IMG/VR virus record: IMGVR_UViG_3300025466_000023 | Coordinates: 1-64,000 of that record | DNA: 64,000 nucleotides | Direction: 5' to 3' (one strand) | From: a virus | Shown: piece by piece, positions 19,901 to 29,596 of the stretch | Layout: every line of letters starts with the position of its first letter | Position numbering within the stretch: position 1 is the first letter of the stretch | Notes under the pieces: generated by a model | Told to the model about the DNA's origin: nothing | Database searches by the model: none | The model's input: the letters and a program-made list of their open reading frames with translations, nothing else | Translations under genes and position numbers: made by a program

Positions 19901-20410
19901 TTATTTTATTCCTGCCAATGTTTTTAATGACGACAAACTATCGTCATCTTTATCTTTGGGCTCAGGAATCTGTCCTTCCTTATTTGGCCCTGCGATCTTT
20001 TCGTAATCTGTCATTGTTAGAACGCCATGACTTTTCATAGCCAAAATACGTTCAACAACCTTGTGTAATTCTACGTCTGTTTTTACGCCTTCTTTCATCA
20101 ATTCGAATAGTCTAATTAGTAGAGGAATATCTAAACTAACATGATCCTGTGCATCTGGGCCTTCTTCTAATTTACGAGACTGAGCTTCTAGCTGTGCTTC
20201 TAGCATATCCTCTAGGCTTCTAGTTTCAACGATCTTTTTAGTTTCTGTGTCTATTTTTCCGCCAGTTTGCATGGGAATATCTAATGCTAGACTGCGCAGA
20301 AAGTGCATACCACGATCCACTTGCTCCTGCGGAATGGGCACAGCACGAGCCTGCTTAATGGCTTTTGGGTCTGTTGAGACTTCGTTTAGTTTGGTCTTTG
20401 GGCGATTCAT
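19901..20410 (-). CDS. Hypothetical phage protein
   Basis: 169-aa ORF preceded by TAAATA-N6-ATG; ends LKTLAGIK. Confidence 0.7.
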   Translation of the reverse strand: MNRPKTKLNEVSTDPKAIKQARAVPIPQEQVDRGMHFLRSLALDIPMQTGGKIDTETKKIVETRSLEDMLEAQLEAQSRKLEEGPDAQDHVSLDIPLLIRLFELMKEGVKTDVELHKVVERILAMKSHGVLTMTDYEKIAGPNKEGQIPEPKDKDDDSLSSLKTLAGIK

Positions 20411-20499
20411 ACAAGGTATTTATTGCTTTGAGCTCTTGATTTTATCAAGCTGTGATGTTATACTAATGGTTGTTTTAAACCCTAATAAATATTGATATC

Positions 20500-21015
20500 A
20501 TGTCCGATACTCTAGTCTTAAACGCAGACGGAGGACCAATCAGTTTGCTTCCATTAAGCGTAATCAACTGGCAAGAAGCCATCCGTTACATGGTCTTAGA
20601 AAAGGCCGATGTACTGGAATGGCACGACGATTGGATCGTGCGCTCAGCTCGCTGGGAAACTCGTGTTCCATCGGTGATTATTATCCGCGAGTATATGAAA
20701 AAGAAGACAAACATTCGCTATTCTAAGCAAAATGTGTTTCTTCGTGACGGATATAGATGTCAATACTGCGGTGCTGACGTTAATAGACGCTCTGCTACCC
20801 TAGATCACGTACAACCCGTGAGCAAGGGCGGAAAATCAGTGTGGGAAAACTCTGTGACTGCTTGCGGACCATGCAACAGTCGTAAGGGACACGATAGCAA
20901 GATGAAGCCTAAAGTTAAGGCTTACAGGCCAACGTATTGGGAATTAGTTGAAAAACGCAAGAAATTGCCGTTTGATTTGAGACACCCAAATTGGGCAAAT
21001 TATATCAGCTATTAA
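20500..21015 (+). CDS. HNH endonuclease
   Basis: [10 protein letters not shown]...[12 protein letters not shown]...[16 protein letters not shown]. Confidence 0.92.
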   Translation: MSDTLVLNADGGPISLLPLSVINWQEAIRYMVLEKADVLEWHDDWIVRSARWETRVPSVIIIREYMKKKTNIRYSKQNVFLRDGYRCQYCGADVNRRSATLDHVQPVSKGGKSVWENSVTACGPCNSRKGHDSKMKPKVKAYRPTYWELVEKRKKLPFDLRHPNWANYISY

Positions 21016-21227
21016 CCTCTATAAACTATACGGCCTTTAGTTAGGTCGTATGGGCTAACTTCTATTTTGACTCGATCGCCAAGTAGGATCTGTATCCTAT
21101 TTTGGCGCATCTTTCCAGATATATGGCCAAGTAGTTTGTAACCGTCTGTGGTTATAATACGAAACATAGCATTTGGTAATACTTCTTCTACGATTCCTTC
21201 CAATCGTATGACATCTTCTTTTGACAC
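21012..21227 (-). CDS. infA: Translation initiation factor IF-1
   Basis: [23 protein letters not shown]...[37 protein letters not shown]; GTG start. Confidence 0.97.
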   Translation of the reverse strand: MSKEDVIRLEGIVEEVLPNAMFRIITTDGYKLLGHISGKMRQNRIQILLGDRVKIEVSPYDLTKGRIVYRG

Positions 21228-21244
21228 TTTAGTTCTTTTCTCCG

Positions 21245-21802
21245 TTATGTTGCACTAAAATTAGTAGAAAGTACGATTCTTTGTTTCCCAGCCGGTTTAG
21301 GTTCCGAACTGTGAATTAAAAATCCTGGCATTACTACCATCATGCCGGTGACTGGTGTAATAGGGATACTTGCTCTGCAATTTCCAAATCTACGCTTGTC
21401 ATCAATGTTTTTCCAACTGTATGCAATCAAAGGATCTTGAATCAACAAATCGCCACCATCCTCGTCTATATATAGATACAGTATACCAATCATAAATGAA
21501 GACCCGTGATGATGCGGAGCAATGTATTCACCATCTTTATATCTATTAATCCACGCTCTTTCTAAATTAAGGGTAGATCTAGTATTTGAGTTTTGAGACA
21601 TAAGCTCGTTGCCCATACTTAAAAACTTTTCCTTTAATGTCTGAAAGGTTGGATCACCTAAAGTTTCGTCCCAAAGATTAAACTCATCAACGTTATCTCT
21701 TTTTTTAACTGATCTTAGTTTTACAATTAATTCTGCGATAGAATCTAAAGGAAAATGATCTATTAAAGCATCGACTTTGGTAATATTAACTAACTGTCCC
21801 AC
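21245..21802 (-). CDS. Putative 2OG-Fe(II) oxygenase (TIGR02466-like)
   Basis: AWINRY...PHHH...GILYL...DP...MPGFLIHS...RIVLSTNF. Confidence 0.75.
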   Translation of the reverse strand: MGQLVNITKVDALIDHFPLDSIAELIVKLRSVKKRDNVDEFNLWDETLGDPTFQTLKEKFLSMGNELMSQNSNTRSTLNLERAWINRYKDGEYIAPHHHGSSFMIGILYLYIDEDGGDLLIQDPLIAYSWKNIDDKRRFGNCRASIPITPVTGMMVVMPGFLIHSSEPKPAGKQRIVLSTNFSAT

Positions 21803-21803
21803 G

Positions 21804-22046
21804 TTAAATCTTTTCCCCTTTTAAGCCTTTAACTACTAGATCTTTAGCTCTTTGGTCAAGCTCTGCTTCTTCAGCTTCTAGCATTTTAATAGCCATTAAT
21901 GACATGTATTCGGCCAGGGCTTCTTTACCTTCTTCAGTCCAGCGGCTATAATGAGAACTGACTGAACTGTAGTAATAGAACTTACGATTCCGCATAAGTT
22001 CTTGTACGCCGCCAAACATCAGTTCTTTTATAGCATCTTTATCCAT
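21804..22046 (-). CDS. Hypothetical protein (80 aa, MDKDAIKEL...)
   Basis: Start reassigned to ATG at 22046, immediately after the ligase stop; the longer track ORF overlaps the ligase. Confidence 0.7.
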   Translation of the reverse strand: MDKDAIKELMFGGVQELMRNRKFYYYSSVSSHYSRWTEEGKEALAEYMSLMAIKMLEAEEAELDQRAKDLVVKGLKGEKI

Positions 22047-22047
22047 T

Positions 22048-23337
22048 TTAGATTTTTTCACCTTTTGCGAAACCACGGAATCGAAGGAACCTAGGAAACC
22101 GTAGCGAGTATATGTCTTCACTGTCTTGATTCCTAGTTGCCGCATCTGCTCGGACTTCGACCACCTGTCCAACAACAGTATCTTTGTTAATCCATATATC
22201 ATCTCGGAGATCGTCAGTGAAGCCCGATCCAACATTGACTTTAATTGCTTTACCATCATCAATACCTTCGCAAATTAATGCTCCCAGTTTGCCTTCGTTT
22301 TTACCTGTACCTTCTTCTACTGCCGTAACAGTTAAGCTAACTTCGATAAACGGCTTTTGTTTGAGCCAGCTGACGCTACGTTTGCACTCATATACAGCAT
22401 TAGGATCCTTGATCATAATACCTTCATAACCTGCTTCGATTGCGTCTTTATTGAACTGTTTGAACTGTAATTCACCTACAAATTCGTCAAGATTGACTTC
22501 TGTTTGAGGGATAATATCTATATTGCCGCATTTGTCAAAGAAAGGCTTAAATGTCTTTAATAGCGCACTACGACGCTTTTGTCCCATAATGCTTTTGCCT
22601 TTTTGGAATTCACTTAAAGGAAGCACATCGAATACCATTAGACGTGCATCAGTTGCCTGCACATCATCTTTACGATGCACCTGCTTCATTAAAGTTTGGA
22701 ATGAACTAGATACTACTTCACCGTCGAAAACAAAACTTCGACCAAAGTCATCGATATTGGCTAAAAGTGCATCTGCGATATGACTAAAGTTCTCTAACAC
22801 TTTGCCATTACGAGTGTATTGAACAACTGTTTTAGTTTCATAATTTAGAATCGTAATACAGCGAACACCGTCGAGTTTTGGTTCGAGCAGTTTGGTTCCT
22901 ATAATTTTCTTTTCGTGATTGGCACCATCGTGTGCTAACATACATTCAAAAACAGGAATAGCGTTCTTAACAATCTTATTGATAGTCTTTTCGCTTACAC
23001 CGCAACGCAAATCTTTAATAAGAATGCGGCGATACCAATCATTCCATTGTGCATTTGTACTTGCACTTAGAGCTAACTCAATTGCATTACGAGCATCGTC
23101 ACCTGTTAATTGTCGAGTAGCTAACAAATTACATAGTTCTTTGAAAGCGCCCCAAGGAAGACCTTGTCCATCAGGACCGCTAAACTTAGGAACTTTCTTA
23201 ACTCCGTAAGTGATATAGGGGCTAAGGGCCATATGAAACCCTTCTAATAATTCTACGTTATCTTTCTCACGTTCAATGATCGCTTCTTTGGCGAGACGTG
23301 AATTATCTGCTTCTAGCTCTTGAATTATTTGATACAT
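22048..23337 (-). CDS. lig: ATP-dependent DNA ligase
   Basis: Motif I EPKLDGVR, FDGE, EGIMIK, WLKQK and C-terminal OB fold SLRFPRF. Confidence 0.95.
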   Translation of the reverse strand: MYQIIQELEADNSRLAKEAIIEREKDNVELLEGFHMALSPYITYGVKKVPKFSGPDGQGLPWGAFKELCNLLATRQLTGDDARNAIELALSASTNAQWNDWYRRILIKDLRCGVSEKTINKIVKNAIPVFECMLAHDGANHEKKIIGTKLLEPKLDGVRCITILNYETKTVVQYTRNGKVLENFSHIADALLANIDDFGRSFVFDGEVVSSSFQTLMKQVHRKDDVQATDARLMVFDVLPLSEFQKGKSIMGQKRRSALLKTFKPFFDKCGNIDIIPQTEVNLDEFVGELQFKQFNKDAIEAGYEGIMIKDPNAVYECKRSVSWLKQKPFIEVSLTVTAVEEGTGKNEGKLGALICEGIDDGKAIKVNVGSGFTDDLRDDIWINKDTVVGQVVEVRADAATRNQDSEDIYSLRFPRFLRFRGFAKGEKI

Positions 23338-23366
23338 GGAATACCTTTCTAATTGAACATAACAAT

Positions 23367-23395
23367 ATTATAGCAGATTTTTACCAATCTGTCAA
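23367..23395 (-). promoter_or_regulatory. sigma70-type promoter upstream of the ligase
   Basis: Minus strand TTGACA-gattggtaaaaatctgc(17)-TATAAT. Confidence 0.8.
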
Positions 23396-23629
23396 GACCT
23401 GTATGTTTACTTGGGTATCTTTTGCATTAGTTAGGCGCACTTTTCCGCTAACTTTGGTAGCGTAAGTCATTGTAAATGTTGATCTTATTGCGCCTTTATC
23501 CGTTAACCAATGTAGAAATACTTTGGAATCTGGATTTGGGACTAGGATTGCGGCTTCTCCAAAATCGTAATCTACTACACTACGGCCGCCTAGCTGTATT
23601 GGTTTGGTGTTTAGCTGTTTGTATAGCAT
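23381..23629 (-). CDS. Hypothetical protein (82 aa, MLYKQLNTK...)
   Basis: ATG follows the erpA stop by 1 nt and the ORF fills the gap to the ligase promoter. Confidence 0.55.
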   Translation of the reverse strand: MLYKQLNTKPIQLGGRSVVDYDFGEAAILVPNPDSKVFLHWLTDKGAIRSTFTMTYATKVSGKVRLTNAKDTQVNIQVLTDW

Positions 23630-23630
23630 C

Positions 23631-23960
23631 TTACACGGAGAATGAACTACCACATCCACAAGTTGTTTGGGCATTGGGATTTTGGATTACAAACTGACTG
23701 CCGCGAATATCTTCTTTATAGTCTAATGTTGCTCCAACAAGATATTGATGGCTCATAGAATCTATTAGAACAGTAATAGAACCTTTTGTGATTTCAAAAT
23801 CATCTTCGTTTACTTCGCTGTCAAAAGTAAAGCCATATTGAAATCCTGAGCAACCGCCGCCCTGCACAAAACATCGAAGTTTTAAATTAGGATCATTTTC
23901 TTCTGCCAACAGATCGGCTATTTTATCTATACACGATTGAGTTACTGTTATTTGTTCCAT
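23631..23960 (-). CDS. erpA: A-type Fe-S carrier ErpA
   Basis: [17 protein letters not shown]...[16 protein letters not shown]. Confidence 0.92.
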   Translation of the reverse strand: MEQITVTQSCIDKIADLLAEENDPNLKLRCFVQGGGCSGFQYGFTFDSEVNEDDFEITKGSITVLIDSMSHQYLVGATLDYKEDIRGSQFVIQNPNAQTTCGCGSSFSV

Positions 23961-24553
23961 TATATTTTTATTACTAAAGATTCATCCCAACCAACTTTTG
24001 CAACTTTTTCATATTCTAAATTCCAACTTATTGCAAGTCTAAGCCGTTGTTGATCTTTATTCGTATTTATGGGCAAAACCATATGCATCAAATAACCTGG
24101 GAATAGAACTGCATGCATTTTTTGAGGAGTGTAATAAAAATCCGTGCAATTTCCATGCACTTCTCCTCTGTAATCCGTTACTGTACCTCTATAAAAATCT
24201 TGGGAACCCCTTGGATCTATAAAACATATATCGCCCCCACCTTCAGTTACGTAGAATGTTCCGACCATCCATGCTCCTGGATGACAATGATTAGGTATAA
24301 AATGAGTAGGCTCGGATATAACTCTTGCCCACGCTCTATTAAACACTATATAACCATCTGTGTATCCAACTGATATAGCATATTCTCTAGCAGAAGATAA
24401 TATTCTTCTTAAAAATATTTGACTTTCATTAGAAGTCAAAGCCATCGGATCTAAATTAACTTTCATCAATTGGTAAGACATTTCTACTATAACAGTTTCT
24501 ATGTCAGCCCAATCGTCGATCCAAATATCTGTAGGGAAAAGGGTTTTTTTCAA
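23960..24553 (-). CDS. Putative 2OG-Fe(II) oxygenase (TIGR02466-like)
   Basis: LFPT...AWAR...[15 protein letters not shown]...DPRG...[10 protein letters not shown]...RLAISWN. Confidence 0.8.
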   Translation of the reverse strand: MKKTLFPTDIWIDDWADIETVIVEMSYQLMKVNLDPMALTSNESQIFLRRILSSAREYAISVGYTDGYIVFNRAWARVISEPTHFIPNHCHPGAWMVGTFYVTEGGGDICFIDPRGSQDFYRGTVTDYRGEVHGNCTDFYYTPQKMHAVLFPGYLMHMVLPINTNKDQQRLRLAISWNLEYEKVAKVGWDESLVIKI

Positions 24554-24930
24554 TTATTTTTGTTTTTATAATCTGCTACTGCGGCTTTGATTGCGTCCTC
24601 TGCGAGGATTGAGCAGTGGATTTTAACAGGTGGAAGAGCCAGCTCTTCGGCGATGTCACTGTTTTTAAGAAGTCCCGCTTGGTCGATGTGCATTCCTTTG
24701 ATCCATTCAGTAACCAATGAGCTGGAGGCAATTGCTGATCCGCATCCATAAGTCTTGAATCGTGCATCTTCTATAATTCCTTCTTTGTTTACTTTGATCT
24801 GTAATTTCATTACATCGCCACAAGCAGGTGCTCCTACCATTCCTGTGCCAACTCCCTCTTCGTCTTTAGGGAATGAACCCACGTTGCGTGGGTTTTCGTA
24901 ATGATCAATTACCTTGTCTGAATAAGCCAT
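24550..24930 (-). CDS. iscU: Fe-S cluster scaffold IscU
   Basis: MAYSDKVIDHYENPRNVG, GAPACGDVM, FKTYGCGSAIAS, LPPVKIHCS. Confidence 0.97.
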   Translation of the reverse strand: MAYSDKVIDHYENPRNVGSFPKDEEGVGTGMVGAPACGDVMKLQIKVNKEGIIEDARFKTYGCGSAIASSSLVTEWIKGMHIDQAGLLKNSDIAEELALPPVKIHCSILAEDAIKAAVADYKNKNN

Positions 24931-24931
24931 A

Positions 24932-25249
24932 TTAGTTTGGTACTAGTACAGTTTTGTAACAATTACAACTAGCATCAAGGATAGCTTCCCAATGATAGCC
25001 CGCAGGCTGTGGCATCACCGGAGCGGCTGGGGGAGGATAAACAGGCTGTGGTTGTACGTAAACAACGTTTGGCTGGACCGGACGAGCTATCTCGTATCCA
25101 ATTACACCTCCGATTACAGTAGGCACTACCCACCCATAATTTGGACGATAAACATAGTGTCCGCCACCGTGGTGCCAACCTTCAGCATATGATGTCATGC
25201 ACATGCTTAACCCTGCAGATAAAATAATTGGTAACAATAGTTTTTTCAT
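24932..25249 (-). CDS. Secreted or membrane proline-rich small protein
   Basis: Signal-peptide-like MKKLLLPIILSAG...SYA; GGVIG segment; VYVQPQPVYPPP; C-terminal CNC. Confidence 0.65.
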   Translation of the reverse strand: MKKLLLPIILSAGLSMCMTSYAEGWHHGGGHYVYRPNYGWVVPTVIGGVIGYEIARPVQPNVVYVQPQPVYPPPAAPVMPQPAGYHWEAILDASCNCYKTVLVPN

Positions 25250-25330
25250 AATAAGTACTCCTTCGTACTAATATAACGTTTGAACAACTCAAATAGTTGA
25301 CTTGCATCAGTATTTATATTAAATAATAGC

Positions 25331-25657
25331 ATGATTACACTAACAGAGCAAGCCCAAAAGAAAGTTTTATCGCTATTATCACAACGTGGTAAGGGGGCAG
25401 GTATCCGTTTAGGAGTTAAAACAACCGGTTGCTCTGGACTAGCTTATGTGTTAGAATATGTAGACGAGTACACTCCGGAAACAGGTGTTACCAACTTTGC
25501 CCATAACGAGTTTTGTGTGTTAGTTGACCACAAGAGCCTAGCTTATATGGACGGAATGGTTGTAGATTGGGTTCGCAACGGACTCAACGAGGGTTTTGAA
25601 TTCCAAAACCCCAATGAACGTGACAAGTGTGGTTGCGGAGAAAGTTTTAGAGTCTAA
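25331..25657 (+). CDS. iscA: A-type Fe-S carrier IscA
   Basis: GIRLGVKTTGCSGLAY...GLNEGFEFQNPNERDKCGCGESF. Confidence 0.93.
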   Translation: MITLTEQAQKKVLSLLSQRGKGAGIRLGVKTTGCSGLAYVLEYVDEYTPETGVTNFAHNEFCVLVDHKSLAYMDGMVVDWVRNGLNEGFEFQNPNERDKCGCGESFRV

Positions 25658-26460
25658 CTATCGAACGTGTACCACTCGTACAAATTCATTTCGTTTTTAC
25701 CAATCTTAGTAAATCTATTTTTGAATCCATCAATTAGCTCTTTATTGATTTTATAGATTTCTTCTTTGGCCTCAGTGTCCGGGATAAAGTTTTCTATAGA
25801 GATTTTAATATTACCATCTAGTGAATGTAATGCTATTGCTACTCTGTGCGTATCGACATCTTGTGTTCGATGTATTATATCGCCCCTGCATAACAATAGA
25901 TCTCCTGCTTTGATTTTAGGAGAGATTTTAATATCTTCAATATTGACATTTAGATACCATTCTTGATTGATATCATCTTCTATTACTTTTGTACGATTTC
26001 CCTCTGGAAAGAAACGTGTAGCTCCTTTACCTTTAAGTCTTTCGGCGCCAGCAGAATCATATTCAGCCAAGGTCTTATAACTTAAAACACTCAGTCCAGA
26101 TTTTTCAACGTCGGGTTTGACAATAGGGATATAAAATTTTAATACACTATTATGATTCTTAAAGAATAGATAAGTTCCGTGATCCTGATGCCAATCTAAG
26201 TTCATCATAGTAGTATCTGAAAACAACCCGCCCGGAACAATCGTATCTGTATAAACAGGAGATTGCTTGATAATATCTCTTAACTTTGGCTCAAGTTGTT
26301 TGACTACAAATTCTGGAACATCGTGAAATACTACCGTATCTGGACTTAAAGTAAGGGTAGACTTGCTTTTCATGTATTCTTTGATCAAAAAGATCAAATC
26401 ATGTGTATTAAAAAAATCTGGGATAACAACAAATCCATGTTCTGTCAGTTCATTATACAT
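25654..26460 (-). CDS. PhyH-like 2OG-Fe(II) dioxygenase
   Basis: HGFVVIPDFF, WHQD, AGDLLL...IIHRT...HRVA. Confidence 0.75.
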   Translation of the reverse strand: MYNELTEHGFVVIPDFFNTHDLIFLIKEYMKSKSTLTLSPDTVVFHDVPEFVVKQLEPKLRDIIKQSPVYTDTIVPGGLFSDTTMMNLDWHQDHGTYLFFKNHNSVLKFYIPIVKPDVEKSGLSVLSYKTLAEYDSAGAERLKGKGATRFFPEGNRTKVIEDDINQEWYLNVNIEDIKISPKIKAGDLLLCRGDIIHRTQDVDTHRVAIALHSLDGNIKISIENFIPDTEAKEEIYKINKELIDGFKNRFTKIGKNEMNLYEWYTFDS

Positions 26461-26461
26461 A

Positions 26462-27229
26462 TCAGTCTCTTGTTAATATTTTTTCTTCAACCTTATCCCA
26501 AAAAGCTATTCTAGATTTTATAGCTGTAATTGCGGTATGTTCTGCTTCAATTATTTTTAAAGGATGATTCTCGCATAGTTCTTCTACTAAGTTGATAGAA
26601 GCTGGCCCGTGACTATCTCCATCTACTTCAATGTGTCTTTCTAGATAAAATGCAAATCGACTAGCTTCTATAGAATTAAGATCTAACTGAGCAATTAATC
26701 TTTGAAACATAGCAGGTATTACTGTTTCTCTACCGTAAGTAAAGGCCGCCGCTATTTCGTGTACCTTTCCTCTTTGTATGATATCAAAAGTAGTCCTCAT
26801 AAATTCTTGACTAGGGTCCGGAATAAAAGAATCTATCAAAGCAAAATCTATTCCTTCTTTTTCAACAGATTCTAAAAATTTCATTATGGGTCTAGTATCA
26901 GCGCCAATTTCTGCCATTGTTTGGCAGTATAGGTCAAAGTGACTAATGTGAGAATTACGAAAAGGATCTATATCGCTTTCTTCTGATAATATTATTTCGT
27001 TAATCAACCTGCCTAGTTTACGTTGTCTTGCTGAAGGTAACCACAGATCTCCGCTAGGACATATACGATGCTGTAGTGCCTTAGCCAAGCTCATAAAATC
27101 CCAAACGGCAAACACATGATGCTCCATAAAGATTTTAAGGTCGTCGATAGACTGTATGGTATTAGTAACCAATAGAGAATGGTTTTCTAATAGGTGTTTA
27201 TGCTGGTTGACTTTGGATATCTTTAGCAT
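26462..27229 (-). CDS. DUF3050 heme-oxygenase-like (dimetal) protein
   Basis: FMEHHVFAVWDFMSL, EIILSEESD, SHFDLY, GRETVIP, YLERHIEVDGDSHGP. Confidence 0.85.
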   Translation of the reverse strand: MLKISKVNQHKHLLENHSLLVTNTIQSIDDLKIFMEHHVFAVWDFMSLAKALQHRICPSGDLWLPSARQRKLGRLINEIILSEESDIDPFRNSHISHFDLYCQTMAEIGADTRPIMKFLESVEKEGIDFALIDSFIPDPSQEFMRTTFDIIQRGKVHEIAAAFTYGRETVIPAMFQRLIAQLDLNSIEASRFAFYLERHIEVDGDSHGPASINLVEELCENHPLKIIEAEHTAITAIKSRIAFWDKVEEKILTRD

Positions 27230-28529
27230 CTTGTATCCCTGTTTCTACTAATTCAACGTCTTCGCCAAACAACAGTTTCAGTGCGGCATTTTGAACAGCA
27301 CCGTAATAGACTTTTTCATTTCTACAGTTTTTTAAAAAAACCTCGTCTGGAAATTCAATAGGACAACTAGATTTGCACAATCTTCTTACGTTACAATCTG
27401 CACAATGAGTTTTTTTTCTATTTAGATCCAACTGTACGATACGTATGCCTTTGAGATTATTAATAGTTCCTGCAATATACTTTTCATTTGTATGAGGACA
27501 AAGTCTCACGTTTCCTTGTACATCTATACTGAGCACGTCGCCCGCATCGGCTCCGCAGTTGGTAGTCATAGTAACCGGTATTTGATTCCTCATACTTAAT
27601 CCGTATTGTACGGCTCCAGTCCTACTATCAAAAAGATTAGACTCCATTAGAGGAAAGTTTTTGCCTTTGCCTAGTTTGTGTAATTGCTCTATGCGAGCAT
27701 CTAAGTATCTATTGATGATCTTCTTAAATTCTAAAGTATCGTCACCGGTCATTACGTGATTGGTGCTGTTTTGACTATCTGTTTCATCATACGTCCGTCC
27801 TAATGTAAAACTTAAACTAGGAAATTTTAATTCTAAGCGATCACTAACAACTTTAAACCAATTGTTTATTGCAAACAGATCATAATTTTGTTTACTGATC
27901 ACACAATTAAAACTATACTGTACTTTAGGATATAGTGCATCGATGGCTTTAATTGCACCAGCAACAGATTCTTTATCAAATATATCATCACCTCGAATAA
28001 ACTGTCCAGGTCCGTCATGACTAATACCTATGTTTACTACAGCAGATAGGCTTTGGAAAAAGTCTACATGTTTTTGTCTTAGTGGGCTTCCATTAGTGCT
28101 GATAAAGAAATGTCTTTTAGGACCATCTAAATGTTTCATTACTGGTTGTATGTCGTTCCAGTACAAAAATGGTTCGCCACCCCATAGTTCTATTCTTTCT
28201 AAGTTTTCTAAATCCAAATATGTATCTATAGACTCTATGAACTTATCTAACGCAGTATTCTTACTGCGTTCGTCGGGGTTTCCAATATCTTTCTGCATGC
28301 AATAATCGCAAGAATAGTTACAGGCATGTCCAAATAAAATACGCAACGCAACAGGTTTATTATGTTTCTTTCTAGTCCCGTGTGTCTTTTTGGCTTCTTC
28401 ATAAAACTCTAACGGTTTTTCGGCAGGAAGGCTTACAGTTTCTCCTGCATCGTTTATGAGAGTGTTATTGTCTACATCATAGTAAACAACTCTGCCGCTT
28501 TGTTTTAGTTTAAATTTGCTTAGACTCAT
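27198..28529 (-). CDS. Radical SAM/SPASM protein (443 aa)
   Basis: CNYSCDYC, LWGGEPF, STNG; SPASM C...DVQGNVRLC...CADCNVRRLCKSSC...C; start moved to ATG at 28529 (ATGA overlap with upstream stop). Confidence 0.92.
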   Translation of the reverse strand: MSLSKFKLKQSGRVVYYDVDNNTLINDAGETVSLPAEKPLEFYEEAKKTHGTRKKHNKPVALRILFGHACNYSCDYCMQKDIGNPDERSKNTALDKFIESIDTYLDLENLERIELWGGEPFLYWNDIQPVMKHLDGPKRHFFISTNGSPLRQKHVDFFQSLSAVVNIGISHDGPGQFIRGDDIFDKESVAGAIKAIDALYPKVQYSFNCVISKQNYDLFAINNWFKVVSDRLELKFPSLSFTLGRTYDETDSQNSTNHVMTGDDTLEFKKIINRYLDARIEQLHKLGKGKNFPLMESNLFDSRTGAVQYGLSMRNQIPVTMTTNCGADAGDVLSIDVQGNVRLCPHTNEKYIAGTINNLKGIRIVQLDLNRKKTHCADCNVRRLCKSSCPIEFPDEVFLKNCRNEKVYYGAVQNAALKLLFGEDVELVETGIQDAKDIQSQPA

Positions 28530-29596
28530 TTTTTCTCTATTATTGGAATTGCGTTGACTTGATCCGGTTTGATCAGACCAAATTTGCATTTAATCCAACC
28601 GCTTTCTATAAGACTGTTACAGTATCTAGTGTATGGTTTTAACATTATTCCCGGAATAAAGTTATAGTCATAGTTTACTTTATATGTATCAGTTAATTTG
28701 AAATATTCTCGAAACTTTGGATTATTTGTTTTTTCAATCCAATTTAAATAACGGCGCTGTTTGCCTTCTATCAACTTTATTAGCAACAGATCTTTATTAA
28801 ATGGCTGTGATAAATCGTCTACGATCCACCAAGGCTCTTCACTTATATCGCTAGCATCATCGCTAGAAAAATAGAATCTATCATAAAACAAATGCGGGGC
28901 TTCCCGCTGTATTTGAATTAATCCGTCATCTGTGCTATCAACCCATGTGTTTTGTTCTTCTGCCCATTGATGTTCTAGTATTCGTCTTTCGGCACTAAAA
29001 TCATGATGTACCATATTGCGCATGCCATTTTTATTAGCATACTCAATAACGGGTTTTAGAGATTCTATATCTCCACAATCAACAAATTTGATTTTTCTAA
29101 TAGGACTTGCATCGTTTAGTTTAGATAGTGCATCAAACAATTTATTTTGATTAACACTTTCTGCAAACTTAGAACTAATACTAATACTGGCTATGTTTTT
29201 AAACTTTATATCTTTAATCATTCTAGCTGATCTAAAGATAGCATTGTCTGTAAAACTATATTCCATATTGTGAGCATGTGCTTGATACCAAGCAAATTGT
29301 TTTGGATAGTTTAGTTTAAGGAACATCATGTCGTCGGCTGTGCTAACAACTAGAAAATTGCTAAAAGCATCTTGCCAAAAATGTTCAGCTTTGCTGGTTA
29401 TTTCTGGAAAATAACTAGGTAGGTTGTTTTTAAGATGTTTAAAATTTTTATCTATGTAACAGATTTTACAACCTGCATCACAATAATATCTAGTTCCCAA
29501 ACTAAAATAGATATCATAATTAATTGAACATAGAGAATCCTGAGATAGCCAATACTCATTGAGATCTATTGCTGTTTCAAAATTCCCATCTATCAT
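28526..29596 (-). CDS. Divergent radical SAM-like protein
   Basis: CDAGCKIC (CxxxCxxC) near the N-terminus, but no GGE motif and no SPASM cysteines. Confidence 0.65.
   Translation of the reverse strand: MIDGNFETAIDLNEYWLSQDSLCSINYDIYFSLGTRYYCDAGCKICYIDKNFKHLKNNLPSYFPEITSKAEHFWQDAFSNFLVVSTADDMMFLKLNYPKQFAWYQAHAHNMEYSFTDNAIFRSARMIKDIKFKNIASISISSKFAESVNQNKLFDALSKLNDASPIRKIKFVDCGDIESLKPVIEYANKNGMRNMVHHDFSAERRILEHQWAEEQNTWVDSTDDGLIQIQREAPHLFYDRFYFSSDDASDISEEPWWIVDDLSQPFNKDLLLIKLIEGKQRRYLNWIEKTNNPKFREYFKLTDTYKVNYDYNFIPGIMLKPYTRYCNSLIESGWIKCKFGLIKPDQVNAIPIIEKK

Noticed and set aside
21804-22262. 152-aa ORF overlapping the ligase and ending in the same KGEKI
   Set aside because: The extension is overlap with the ligase; the likely start is 22046. 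The shared pentapeptide is too short to support a duplication or frameshift claim.
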